Source of the DNA: Candidatus Poribacteria bacterium
Lineage (GTDB): Bacteria; Poribacteria; WGA-4E; PCPOR2b
Direction of reading: 5' to 3'
DNA: 64,000 nucleotides
Assembly: GCA_965218095.1 (NCBI GenBank)
Contig: OZ244587.1
Coordinates: forward strand, 4,288,001 to 4,352,000
Shown: positions 10,842 through 22,600 of the stretch, piece by piece
How the letters are laid out: each line of letters opens with the position of its first letter
How positions within the stretch are numbered: the stretch's first letter is position 1
Made by a program: the position numbers and the translations under genes
Notes under the pieces: generated by a model
Databases searched by the model: none
What the model was told of the DNA's origin: nothing
Seen by the model: only the letters and a program-made list of their open reading frames with translations

Positions 10842-11606
10842 GTGGCAATCAGTTCAGAAATCATTCGACGAATCGAGGAGGAAGTCAAGAAAGTCCTCAC
10901 ACAACGGGGAATTGCTTCAGCATCCTCCCCATCAGATCAGCGTATTCTGGCGATATTTGATGCTGCTCAAATTGATCTCGCTCGTCCATTGCAGCAGCTT
11001 GACAGGTGCATTCAACACGGCTATGTCGTCACGGCGATTTTGTCAGATCTTGCTGCCAGGCTTTTGGACATATCCCGCATTCGTTCTGTATGCGGAAACG
11101 AACGTGTTTTTGTATCCAGCGAAATTACGAACCTTCAGTCTTTCACTAAAGATTTCTTCTCCTCAATTGTTATCCTTATTTTATCTTACCCGATGGCAGC
11201 CAAACTCACCCTGGGAATGGCAGATACACCGTGTACTTACCTCATTTTTCAAGCGATGCTTCGCAGAGATAGAATCATCGCAACGTCTGATGCGTTTGAA
11301 ATCTTAGCTGAATCTGAGAGCATCTCTGAGATTTCAAAGCTCGGACAAAATTACATCAAAACCCTTTCAAACTTTGGGATTCAATTTGTGACCATGGATC
11401 GGCTCGGTGAAACAATTTTAAGCGACGATCCTATGAGTTTTAGCTCGGTGGATTCAAGGCATGGGAAAAACGTGATCAGCGCCTCGGTGATTGCCAACCT
11501 TACGCCGGGTGTGCGCGAATTTGTGTACTCGAATCCGGCGATTATCACGCCGCTTGCACATGATTTGGCAGTCCAAAAGGGCATCCGACTCGTGGCAAAG
11601 GATTAA
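10842..11606 (+). CDS. BMC-associated flavoprotein-like protein with encapsulation peptide
   Basis: N-terminal amphipathic helix EIIRRIEEEVKKVL; AAKLTLGMADT; C-terminal IITPLAHD motif. Confidence 0.65.
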   Translation: MAISSEIIRRIEEEVKKVLTQRGIASASSPSDQRILAIFDAAQIDLARPLQQLDRCIQHGYVVTAILSDLAARLLDISRIRSVCGNERVFVSSEITNLQSFTKDFFSSIVILILSYPMAAKLTLGMADTPCTYLIFQAMLRRDRIIATSDAFEILAESESISEISKLGQNYIKTLSNFGIQFVTMDRLGETILSDDPMSFSSVDSRHGKNVISASVIANLTPGVREFVYSNPAIITPLAHDLAVQKGIRLVAKD

Positions 11607-11757
11607 AATCAGCGAACTTATGAATTCTTTTACGTTTCACGTATCCCGCAAGCAGGTATCACTTTTGCTACAGCATCGTATCACCGTTGATACATTTGGA
11701 TGCAATCCACGCCAAATCGCTTTATCGTCGTGTATCAATCGCCGATTGGCTCAGTTA

Positions 11758-11773
11758 TGGCATCTAAATTGCT
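11758..11773 (+). promoter_or_regulatory. sigma54 -24/-12 promoter
   Basis: TGGCATCTAAATTGCT, 14/16 identical to the 1212 site. Confidence 0.7.
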
Positions 11774-11922
11774 TACAGTATATATTCTGAGTTATTGGTG
11801 AATAACGCACAATTTCAAGTTCGCTCATGCACAGTCATTACCATGAGCGAACTCCTTACATCATATGAGCGGATGGCTAAAATCAGTTTTGCAAGTAAAT
11901 CACACATTCAGGAGGGTTTGTC

Positions 11923-13530
11923 ATGAAATTCCACATCCAGGTTGTTATTTTACTCGTGCTAACAATCTTCTTCTTGACATTATTAACAAATGTTGCCCAG
12001 GCAGACCATGAATATGATTACCTTTCAGATCGCCTGAGTCGTGAACATCGGGATGCAGGCGATGTTGAGGACTGGATCGAGCGAGGCAATGCGACTGTTA
12101 CCGCAAGCCCTCGTTTTGAAGATGGTATACGCTTGGCGGCGTGGGCAAGCGGATCGGATAAGAAGGGAAACTACGAATTTGCAATAGCCAGTGCGATTTA
12201 TCTCTTTGAAATTCCTCGACAGGCTCAGTACATCGAGATTCTGGTGCGCTACCGAGGGGAACCTCACAAATCGGACTTTGAGGATTATGAGGAAATTGCT
12301 GGTCGCGTTTGGATCCGCAATACCAAACGTGAATATTCCCGCCGGCGCTATGATGACGAGAATGAGGAGGAAACACTATACGGCAATACCTTCGTTTTGC
12401 GCGCAAAGCGCCGATCAGAGACAATAAAAATTGCAACGGCAGGGCATGTCGATAACGATCTACTTGAGATGCACATTGTTGCTGAAGATGGTGAACAGCT
12501 TGGCATAGAGTATATTGATGTTTCAACCTACCGACGACAGCCTGACGTCCGTGTCGTTCATCGTTATGCTCGAGATTATCGGTGGCGCCCCTGGCATAGA
12601 TATACTTATCTATACTTTTACGATGGTCCATTTTACTACTGTACCGATTTGGGTTACTATATTCGATGGAGTTATCCGATTTATGACCATCACTACCTCT
12701 CTATTCGCTACGCTTACGGCGACTACCTCCATCATTACTATCGCCGCTACCCCGATCACTACTATCGTTCCTATTCCAACAATGTGCATGTCCATGTTGA
12801 TAACGCTGTTAAAACGCAACGACGACTCAATCGCTGGACAGCGACACATGAAACCACCCGACGCGAATATACGCGAAGTCGATTGTCAACAACCTCATCA
12901 AAAACGAACAAAGCAAATGTACAGACCCGTGTTCGCTCATTAATTAGAGAAAACCGTCGGGAACCAGTTCTTGCTGATCGAGTTATCCAACGCGCTACTG
13001 TTTCTCGCAAACGGAGACGAATCGATGCAGAAGTTGAACTGAATACGGCAATAAAGGGGCAACGCGATTTCTCACGTTCCATTGATGACGCATCCACACG
13101 ATCCTACCGCGCAACTCAGGAGATACTAAAACACAAGCGGTATTCATCTGGCCGAAGGGATATGCGATCAAGGACAGAATCCCGTCTCTACCCCTACGAT
13201 CGTTTTCAGCTTTCTACAAAACAGAAGCGTTATTCATCTGACCAGGAGGATACCCGATCAAATGCTGAACGTCGTGCACGTCTCTATAATCGTTCGCGAT
13301 CTTCGGCAAGTCGACCGAGTGCAGCGCCTTCACGCAGCCAATCTCCAGGTTTAAGCAGCGGTACAAACAAACGCAAGCACTCATCTTCTTCCTCCTCACA
13401 CCGCCAAAAATCAACAACCCCGCAGGCACCGCAGGCAAGCTCAAGTTCATCCAGCCAGAGTGACGATGACGAAGAAAAAGATCGCAACCGCAATACCACA
13501 AGGACACAAAAACGTAAGCGAAGAAATTAG
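11923..13530 (+). CDS. Secreted hypothetical protein with a Tyr/His-rich segment and an Arg/Ser-rich disordered tail
   Basis: Signal peptide ending AQA; RBS GGAGG; own terminator. Confidence 0.75.
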   Translation: MKFHIQVVILLVLTIFFLTLLTNVAQADHEYDYLSDRLSREHRDAGDVEDWIERGNATVTASPRFEDGIRLAAWASGSDKKGNYEFAIASAIYLFEIPRQAQYIEILVRYRGEPHKSDFEDYEEIAGRVWIRNTKREYSRRRYDDENEEETLYGNTFVLRAKRRSETIKIATAGHVDNDLLEMHIVAEDGEQLGIEYIDVSTYRRQPDVRVVHRYARDYRWRPWHRYTYLYFYDGPFYYCTDLGYYIRWSYPIYDHHYLSIRYAYGDYLHHYYRRYPDHYYRSYSNNVHVHVDNAVKTQRRLNRWTATHETTRREYTRSRLSTTSSKTNKANVQTRVRSLIRENRREPVLADRVIQRATVSRKRRRIDAEVELNTAIKGQRDFSRSIDDASTRSYRATQEILKHKRYSSGRRDMRSRTESRLYPYDRFQLSTKQKRYSSDQEDTRSNAERRARLYNRSRSSASRPSAAPSRSQSPGLSSGTNKRKHSSSSSSHRQKSTTPQAPQASSSSSSQSDDDEEKDRNRNTTRTQKRKRRN

Positions 13531-13550
13531 GCATCACTCGCAACCAACTT

Positions 13551-13588
13551 AAAACAGCTAAAGAGAATTTCTCTTTAGCTGTTTTTTT
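13551..13588 (+). terminator. Intrinsic terminator
   Basis: AAAACAGCTAAAGAGA-att-TCTCTTTAGCTGTTTTTTT. Confidence 0.9.
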
Positions 13589-13608
13589 ATGAAAAGATCA
13601 CTTTTCTG

Positions 13609-13637
13609 TTGACAAGACCTTCGAGTTTTGCTATTAT
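13609..13637 (+). promoter_or_regulatory. sigma70 promoter, originally of the 15219 gene
   Basis: TTGACA-17-TATTAT with extended -10 TG. Confidence 0.7.
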
Positions 13638-13651
13638 AACCTGAGTTGCTA

Positions 13652-14349
13652 GGTTCTGTTGACATTTGAGTATAAGGTTGTGGCATAATAGAAGAATGAT
13701 GCCAATAACCTTACCCGATGACCAATGGAAAAAGATATACTCGTTTCTTCTAACTTGTCCCAACATCTATGTTGGCAACGAAGCGACAACACGCCGCTTT
13801 ATCGAAACTGTTCTCTGGGCGACCCGTAGCGGGGCTCAATGGCGGATTCTGCCAGACACCTATGGTAAATCGAACACCCTCTACAAGCGGTTTGCTCGGT
13901 GGTGCGACAAAGGGGTCTTCACACAGATGCACCACCACTTCGCCGCCGACCCCGATATCGAGTCGCTTATTGTGGACAGTACAATCATTCGAGCGCACCC
14001 GTCTGCGGCGGGTGCCGAAAAAAAAGGGTGGCACTGAAAACCAAGCGTTAGGTCGGTCTCGCGGGGGATTCAGTACAAAAATTCACATCACCGTTGACGG
14101 CCTGGGTAATCCACTAAGAATTCATCTGACACCCGGTCAAAGAAACGACATAGCGGAAGCAGAAGCGTTGATACTTGGATATAAAAGCGAGTATGTGATT
14201 GGAGACAAGGGATATGACTCCGACAATTTTATCGCGGTTATTGAGGCGAATGGAGCGATTGCGGTGATACCGCCAAAAAGTCATCGTGTGGATCAAAGAG
14301 ATTACGACAAACATCTGTACAAAGAGAGACATCTGGTTGAATGTTTCAT
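13652..14349 (+). mobile_element. IS5-family (IS427-like) copy 1, 3'-truncated by copy 2
   Basis: TIR GGTTCTGTTGACATTT; orfA 13696-14037 and orfB with [13 protein letters not shown] / GDKGYD. Confidence 0.92.
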
Positions 14350-14351
14350 TA

Positions 14352-15172
14352 GGTTCTGTTGACATTTGAGTATAAGGTTGTGGCATAATAGAAGAATGAC
14401 GCCAATAACCTTACCTGATGAACAATGGAATAAGATATACCGGTTTCTTCTAAGCTGTCCCACCATCTATGTTGGCGACGAAGCTGCTACACGCCGCTTC
14501 GTCGAAGCGGTTCTCTGAGTGACTCGTAGCGGGGCTCAATGGAGACTTCTACCAGACACCTATGGCAAATGGAACACCCTCTACAAGCGTTTTGCTCGAT
14601 GGTGCGACAAAGGTATCTTCACACAGATGCACCCCCACTTCGCCTCTGACCCCGATATCGAGTCGCTTATTGTGGACAGTACCATCTGCCGCGCTCACCC
14701 GTCTGCGGCGGGCGCCTTAAAAAAAACGGTGGGACTGAAAACCAAGCATTAGGTCGGTCTCGGGGCGGTTTCAGTACAAAAATTCACATCACAGTTGACG
14801 GACTAGGCAATCCGCTAAGAATTCATCTGACACCCGGTCAGAGACATGACATAACTGAGGCGGAAGGGTTGATAATCGGATATAACAGTGAATATGTGAT
14901 TGGAGACTAAGGGGTACGATTCGGACGCTTTTATCGCGGTTATTGAGGCAAATGGAGCGATTGCGGTGATACCGCCAAAAAGTCATCGTGTTGACCAAAG
15001 AACGTATGACAAACACTTATACAAAGAAAGACATCGGGTTAAATGTTTCATCAACAAGATAAAATGGTATCGTCGTATCTTCTCTCGGTTTGAGAAGCTA
15101 GCTGTCCGTTATTTTGGATTTCTCAGCTTTGTCTCCACTCTTATATGGCTCCCTTGAAATGTCAACAGAACC
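14352..15172 (+). mobile_element. IS5-family copy 2, degenerate
   Basis: Both TIRs; TGA at 14516-14518 and a frameshift near 14908. Confidence 0.92.
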
Positions 15173-15218
15173 TAGCAACTTGGGTTAGTATATCTTTCTT
15201 AAGGAGAGGTATAAGCAT

Positions 15219-15770
15219 TTGGCAAGATCTCAAGTGAAGTTATTTGTAATGACGCTATTGATTTCTGTTTTGTGCTTACTTTTTTTGGGGCAAGTCAGTT
15301 CGGCACAGTCAGACGAAGATCTTCACCTTGTTTCACCAATTGGTGCTGTTGCGCGTTCTGCTATCCTGCCTGGTTGGGGACAGTTCTATGCGCATAGCCG
15401 CTTTCAAGGCACTTCTTCCATGATTGGGACAAGCGGGCTTCTTATTGGTGCTTTGATTGCTCACCAATCCTTTCAAGATGTTTATAATAACGCGTATGTT
15501 CCGATAGCTCTAAACGCCCCGGATTCTCCAGAAGCCGCTTTCCAATACAATCGAGCGAATCAACGTTTTAAGCTTCGGCAGTTTTTCCTTTTTGCGGTGG
15601 TCGGTGTGTGGGCGTACAGTGTTATTGATTCCTACGTTGGCGCGAATTTGTACAACGCAACAACAAAAGCCAATCAACTCATCGACGATGCAAAACGGAT
15701 CGAAAAATTGAGTGTGCAACTTGAGGTAACTCCAACCCAACTTCATCTTGGTATTGTCAAATTCTTTTGA
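15219..15770 (+). CDS. DUF5683-like membrane/secreted protein
   Basis: Signal peptide; AVARSAILPGWGQFY and WAYSVIDSY motifs. Confidence 0.7.
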   Translation: MARSQVKLFVMTLLISVLCLLFLGQVSSAQSDEDLHLVSPIGAVARSAILPGWGQFYAHSRFQGTSSMIGTSGLLIGALIAHQSFQDVYNNAYVPIALNAPDSPEAAFQYNRANQRFKLRQFFLFAVVGVWAYSVIDSYVGANLYNATTKANQLIDDAKRIEKLSVQLEVTPTQLHLGIVKFF

Positions 15771-15812
15771 AAGGCTAGTGAACACAGCTTGGTTTATGGA
15801 GGTGTTTCATCC

Positions 15813-16391
15813 ATGTTAAAGATGTTTGCCAAAACAGCCGGCTTTTTGCTAATTTTGAGTTTTCTTTCAAATTGTGGAGATGTTCAGAATTTCAATACGC
15901 CCAAACAAGGAGAGACGATAGCAATCAATCGGGTTTTGAAAAATTGGCGCGAGGGTTATCAGAATGAAGATATCGAAATGTATATGAGTGCCTTCTGGGA
16001 AGAAGGATTCCTTTACACTTCGGATATGGGAACAGATAACGATCAAACAGATGACCTTGTTTTCGATGATATTCGAGACGAAAGAGATGCTGCGATTCGC
16101 GTTTTTAATAGATTCCAGGATATCGACATCGAGCTTTCTGAACCACCGGACGTGCAATTTTTGGGAGATCGGACACGAGCAGAGGTCAGAAACCATTATC
16201 GAATCGAAGGGTTTGTTGCCGACGGTGAATCTCTCGACGGAGGATTTACAGGATGGTTCGCAGAAGGAGATAATGTATTTACCCTTGAGCTCAGGACGAA
16301 CAGCAAGACAGGGAAGAAAGAATGGCGCATCACTGAGTGGCTTGATGAAGCGTTTAGCATAGAAGAGATCGAGGCTTCCAATAACCTCTAA
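15813..16391 (+). CDS. Acidic lipoprotein with probable SnoaL/NTF2-like fold
   Basis: Lipobox-like LSNC; WREGYQNEDIEMYMSAF and C-terminal WRITEW. Confidence 0.65.
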   Translation: MLKMFAKTAGFLLILSFLSNCGDVQNFNTPKQGETIAINRVLKNWREGYQNEDIEMYMSAFWEEGFLYTSDMGTDNDQTDDLVFDDIRDERDAAIRVFNRFQDIDIELSEPPDVQFLGDRTRAEVRNHYRIEGFVADGESLDGGFTGWFAEGDNVFTLELRTNSKTGKKEWRITEWLDEAFSIEEIEASNNL

Positions 16392-16496
16392 TTTTTCGGT
16401 CTTCAACACAAGCGTTGCTGGCAGGAATTCCATCCCGTCGGCAACTGGCCTTTCTTTGCTTATACTTGTCAACGGCATAAGTTGTGCTTCTCGGTT

Positions 16497-16560
16497 GTCA
16501 TCTTGAGCGAAGCGCAAAGATTCTCCGTGCTGAGATTTTTGTGCTTCGTTCAGATCGAAC
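16497..16560. repeat. Degenerate REP-like palindromic element
   Basis: GTCATCTTGAGCGAAGC...GCTTCGTTCAGAT. Confidence 0.5.
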
Positions 16561-16599
16561 ATATTGTTTCTTATTGCACCAACGAAGGGAGTAGCGGTT

Positions 16600-17950
16600 T
16601 CTTTGATTAATTCACCGCCAAGCAGAGGCAGCGCCAGGTAATTACTCCCTGGCTGATCTCTGTTTTTCTCCATCTGGTACTTGTGATTATCGTAGCATTG
16701 ACAATCAAGAATCAGATCGTGGAGATTGACGCCATCATCATTGAGTGAGTCGAATTGCCAGCGCAGTCGATGCATAAAGTCGAAAAACCGCTCGTCAATC
16801 GCATTCAGCCTAAAGTGGTGCTCAATCGATCTCTGAGACTGAGAAATCAGCCTAAACTCCACATCTCTTCGCCACCACAGATTGCAGAGATCGCTCGTGA
16901 ATCGCTAACACCCATTCGGCGCGATGTCGACTTTTCTCCAAAATTGCCGGACACCATCACGGCGCCGGTGATGACCGCCGCTAAAGCGTCAGCAGGTCGA
17001 CGTGATTTCGTTCTCGCATCGTCTACAGTGTCCTCGCCTGATGTCAGAACCGACGGAGGAATATTGACCAATCGTCTCCCTGCTCCGGGCCGGGGAAAGC
17101 CGCAATCAAATGCTATTGCTTCGATTGTTAAATCGACAGATGCAACCGATTCCGCGGATCTCTCCGCGGATCGTTTTACGAATCTCATCATGGTTCCCGA
17201 AAACAAACTAGGGGCAGTCCTCGTTGGTGAAAGAATGGATGTCCAAGGGCATATTTGGCTTAAATATTCGCTTTCCGATTGGTGGCAGGATCCGACAGCA
17301 ATACCGAGCTTCATGAAGTGGCTTGCTGAACATACACGTCTTCGCGCCGACATGAAATTTGCGGGGGGGCTTCGCATGACTGATTCGCGTATTCTCGACG
17401 CCCCCATTATTTTCATGACGGGGCACGACAAGGACATTGTTGTTGGGCGCAGTCTCGCTAAAGGTGGGCCATTGACCGATTCGTTCTCGGCAGAGGAGCG
17501 GATGGCTTTGCGGAAATACATCGTTGAACGGGGCGGGATGCTCTTTTTCGACGATTGTAGGTTTAATGGATTGTTCGCCGCTCAGGTTGCTGATGAACTT
17601 CAACAGATATTTCCCGAGTATCCACTTGAAAATATCCCGCACAGCCATGAAATTTACCAGATCTACTACTAGCTTCCCATTCCCCCAACCGGCGGTGATG
17701 TCTTTTGGGGGCTGAGAATAATCCGAAGGCTTCCAAATTCAAATATCAAAAAGGTATCACGATTGGACATCGGCTAGCTGTGATTTACAACCGCAAGGAC
17801 TATATGTGTGCGATGGAAACGATGGAGATTCAAAGCCGGATGATGTTGAGGTTGCGCCGATCGACGGATGTGCATCGGTTCATGACGAATCTGCTCGTCT
17901 ATGCGATGAAGCACGGTGGGAATACGGATAGATCTGCTTACAAATCCTAG
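16600..17950 (+). pseudogene. Second TonB-anchor/DUF4159 paralogue, disrupted
   Basis: TM WLISVFLHLVLV; stops at 16746 (TGA) and 17670 (TAG); frameshift near 17710; similar to the 1334 protein (SDWW, FMTGHD, FFDDC, DYMC, RFMTN). Confidence 0.8.
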
Positions 17951-18204
17951 TACAGGAAAATGAACCATCTCCCAGATTTTGTTATCAGCTTGAGTTTTTT
18001 ACCGATTTGGGTTCTGCGTTTATCGTGAGTTTGGATTGACCCAAAATTTGCATGGCTTCCATCTTGATACTGCTTATCCAATCGCTATTTAGCCTGCCCA
18101 TACCTTCCGCCAGCCTTTTTCAAAATGTCCTGTCCGGCGATGTTGACCACAACGAAGTGGAAACGGTCGGCCGACGTTTCTTCTCAGAATCTATGTTAGC
18201 ATTA

Positions 18205-19024
18205 GGTTCTGTTGACATTTGAGTATAAGGTTGTGGCATAATAGAAGAATGATGCCAATAACCTTACCCGATGACCAATGGAAAAAGATATACTCGTTTC
18301 TTCTAACTTGTCCCAACATCTATGTTGGCAACGAAGCAACAACACGCCGCTTTATCGAAGCTGTTCTCTGGGCGACCCATAGCGGTGCTCAATGGAGACT
18401 TCTGCCAGACACCTATGGTAAATCGAACACCCTCTATAAGCGTTTTGCTCGGTGGTGCGACAAAGGGGGCTTCACACAGATCCACCACCACTTCGCCGCC
18501 GACCCCGATATCGAGTCGCTTATTGTGGACAGTACAATCATTCGAGCGCACCCGTCTGCGGCGGGTGCCGAAAAAAAAGGGTGGCACTGAAAACCAAGCG
18601 TTAGGTCGCTCTCGCGGGGGATTCAGTACAAAAATTCACATCACAGTTGACGGCCTGGGTAATCCACTAAGAATACATCTGACGCCCGGTCAAAGAAACG
18701 ACATAGCGGAAGCAGAAGCGTTTATACTTGGATATAAAAGTGAGTATGTGATTGGAGACAAGGGATATGACTCCGACAATTTTATCGCGGTTATTGAGGC
18801 GAATGGAGCGATTGCGGTGATACCGCCAAAAAGTCATCGTGTGGATCAAAGAGATTACGACAAACATCTGTACAAAGAGAGACATCTGGTTGAATGTTTC
18901 ATTAACAAGATAAAATGGTATCGCCGCATCTTCTCTCGGTTCGAGAAGTTAGCTATCCGTTATTTTGGATTTCTCAGCTTTGTCGCCACTCTTATTATGG
19001 CTCCCTTGAAATGTCAACAGAACC
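18205..19024 (+). mobile_element. IS5-family copy 3
   Basis: Both TIRs, TA duplication, orfA/orfB; 1-nt insertion near the 3' end of orfB. Confidence 0.93.
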
Positions 19025-19181
19025 TAGTACAAGATCGATTAATCCATTTACGGACGACCATTTTTCGTGCAGAAGATAATCTTTACTCAGATTAATCCAC
19101 GATATAGAAGAGATTAATTGTGATCTCATTTGATCTGAAAGGAGTGTCGTCTCAATGTGAAGAATTTAATAGAAAAAACAC

Positions 19182-19210
19182 TTGACAGAAAATTGCAGAA
19201 GTGGTATCTT
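19182..19210 (+). promoter_or_regulatory. sigma70 promoter upstream of the large barrel gene
   Basis: TTGACA-17-TATCTT with AT-rich UP element. Confidence 0.6.
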
Positions 19211-19270
19211 AAAGGTTACTTTTTTTGAGGTATAAATTTATTAAAAAAAAGCATTGACCAAATACAGTTA

Positions 19271-19395
19271 GGAGTTACGCACTTCAAATTGAACAAACCG
19301 TATTATGCCTGCATTTCGAATCCTGAATCCAGAACAAGATGCAAGATACAGGATGCAGACATAGCTTGAGTCTGTAGAATTAGTTGCGTAAGTCC
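19271..19395. mobile_element. MITE-like element
   Basis: TA|GGAGTTACGCA...TGCGTAAGTCC|TA; a further end GGACTTACGCA at 53081. Confidence 0.55.
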
Positions 19396-19631
19396 TATAC
19401 AGGTTAAACCTGAGTTTTTTCGCCTTTTTAATGAATCCTTTTTAAAGGAGGTTACGATATGTTGTACTACTGACGCAAGTTGAAATAGGTGCGGGATCGA
19501 TAAATGGTCAAAAATTTGACAATTGCAGTCAATTCCCAAATTGTTCAACTTGATTCTTGATGAACCTGATTACGAAAGTTTTATACCTTAACTTTTACAT
19601 CAAGTAATTTATGATTTCCTCAAGGAGGCAA

Positions 19632-22600
19632 ATGAAAATAATGCAGGTTTCAAAACACTCACCTGATGTGTTGTTTATTGTAGCCGGGTTAATAGGCTGT
19701 TTCGTGCTTTATGGATGCGCCACAACCAGCCTTGGTCCACAGGAACCGCTTTTACCAACAGTCGAAGGGCAAGCGCATTTTTCGGCTCGCTTCCAATTAG
19801 AAGAAGAACCACAATTCTTCTATGACTTGTTCGGTAAAGAACTCCTCGAAGGTAATGAAGTTTACAATTACCGTGAACAGAAACAGTTTGATAGGAACGG
19901 AGAACTGATTGTGGGTTGGACCGGTCAGCTTGATAGTGAAAGGTTCTCCGCACAGTTAGACCGTCAGATCCTAACTGAAGATAACTTCCGTGGTAGATTT
20001 ACACAGTTCGCAATCGGGGACAACATGCGTATTAAACCCGCAACGCTATTTCCGAATCGATATATCATCCACAAGACGGAATTCGATGGTTTCCGGTGGG
20101 ATATTTCTTTCTCACAAGAACGTCACCTTTTTACCTTGTTGAATTCGCGTATTTCTAACCCGGTACAGTTGTCTGATGCAGCAGCGAACCTTGCACCAAC
20201 GCTTGGTCGCCGGAACGGTTTGAGCGACGATGTCGGTCTTCGTCATATTGAGAATGCCCGCTTGATCGGATTCCGCGCGCAAGGGTTGCTGGGAGATGTG
20301 TTCCGCGTCGGATTCACCTACGTCAATCTCCACAAAGAACACCCAGAAAGAGTTGAGAATCCTCTGTTCGGCGGCACGGTGGCGAATACGCCTCCGGAGC
20401 GTATCGTTATTGTCTTCCGCGACGATTCACCGGAAGATAATCACGTTGACATCTTAGAGCACGACCTTGAGAGACCCGAACACGTAAGATTTATTCAGGG
20501 CGGGGTCGGCGTTGCAGTTAAGGGGCTAAAGGTGCATCTTGTCACACAACCCCTTGGCGGTTTTCCTGAGCAGGGTCCTGACCGTCCGCCGGGACGTGAG
20601 CGCACGAGAACGATTCCAGTTTTTCTCGACGCTATTACTGCCGTAGAGGGTAGCAATGACCCCCGTGAGACCCCTGATGGCTACAAAATTGTCGAGGGGT
20701 TCGATAAAATGCAGTACGTATTAGACTTTAACGATCCTGACCCGCTTAGTACTGCGGACGAACCGATCGACCCCCGAACAGTAAAGTCAATCGAGTTTGA
20801 GATGGACGTTGCAGGCGACTATAATATCGCTTTCATCGGATTTAGCGAAGCAAACAAGTCAGAGGATCCGCTAGGGGCAGAATGGATTAAAACCGAGGAC
20901 GGTCATATCGAAATGCCTTACCGTGATGTGATTGAAGCCCCCGGCAATTATGGTCAATCAGACCACTATACGGATAACAGGGCAGCGCTTCGCGATGCCC
21001 CAAGTAGATGGAAGGATGAAGGGAAACCGCGTAAGATTCGGTATCGCTATGGTGCGGCACGTGCTGGAGTGATGTATGGTCTTGATCTTGAAGGAACTCT
21101 GTTTAATACCTTTGTCCGTGCGCATTACTCGATTAATGGCAAATTTAAGCAGTATCCAACCATTCCCAAAGACCAAGTTGGTTTCAGCCGGACGAATCCT
21201 GAAATTGAAGGGGCTAGCATCACCATAGATGAGCGCGAAACCCTGGACGATGGGGTTACACCTAACCCTACCTTCCGAGTCGCCCTGGATGCCAATGGTA
21301 TCCCGACATACTCTGTAACGGAGGGAGAAAGATTTGAAGCCAAGTTAAATGGGAATCCGGATAGTGACGGAGAGATGGGCCGTGAAACAGCGTGGTTTAT
21401 TAACCTCAAGCAGCGTTTCGGCAAGATCTTCCTCGAAGAGACTGTCTACCACATTGATCCGGGTTACACGACAACCTATCATAACTTCGGTGCAAACGAC
21501 TCAAGGGATGCGACCTATTCTCTTGAACGAACTCCTGAATCTGGTGCGGAAATCCTTCCGTATGATCAAATCGATTATCAACTTGTCGAAGACGATGATG
21601 ACGACGACGACTGGCCAGATAGCATCGATTTTGACGGCGTCCTGCCGCAAGCCGATGACCGTGACCAGAATGGCATCCTCGATTTCCAAGAAGACTTCCT
21701 CATCTTTGAGGCAGATCCACCGGTTTTTGAAGATCTCCTTGACCTGAATAACAACGGGATTGTTGATTCATTAGAAGATGATTTTGAACCGCAATATGAG
21801 TACGGTATCGACCGCGAAGGATACCATATCGCCGCTAGCTACGACTTACTCGAGAACTTGACCGTCAAACTGGGCTGGTTAAACGAAAGCGAGATTTCCA
21901 GCCGGCGGAAAAATAATTCAAAATACATTCATCTTATTTATCAGCGCGACATTCCAGATTTTGGAACGATTCTGTTCCAGAATCGTTTGCTCCGCGTTGA
22001 GGATGATATTCCGGAGTACTCGATTACCTTGCGCCCCGGTGAACTGGCTACCGTGCAACAAAGTGATGCACTTGACTTCTTCAACGCGCGAGTGAATCTG
22101 ACAAGCATCCAGTTTCTTTACACTGCGATTCCAAACTTGCAACTTGAAACGAAGCTCCTCGTTGACTGGCGGAAGCAGTTGGAACCGGATCCCGAGGAAG
22201 CGATTGCGAAGGATTTTCCGCAAGATGACATAACATTAGAGAAGGATGATCGCGTCGATTTCATGGTGCCGGACGAGCAGGTGCGTGCGGATGGTGAGAA
22301 GCGCGCATCCCCGTTCTATCCGGATCATGGGCTTAACCCACTAGATCCAGAAGATACCGGCTTAATCTATAATCCAGATAACTGGATACCCCGCCGTTAT
22401 ACGGAAAAGACTGTCCGTAACCAGGTCACCATTATCAAAGCTAGATATGAAATTCCATTAGGCGATTTGCCAGGGGTTGACAAAATTGGTGAAGATTTAA
22501 CACTGACACCGATGGTTAAATATATCTGGACTCGGGCCTTCGATCGCGCCGCTGAGAAGATTGGCGAGGTACTTAATCCCACTCTATTTGTTCCTGACTC

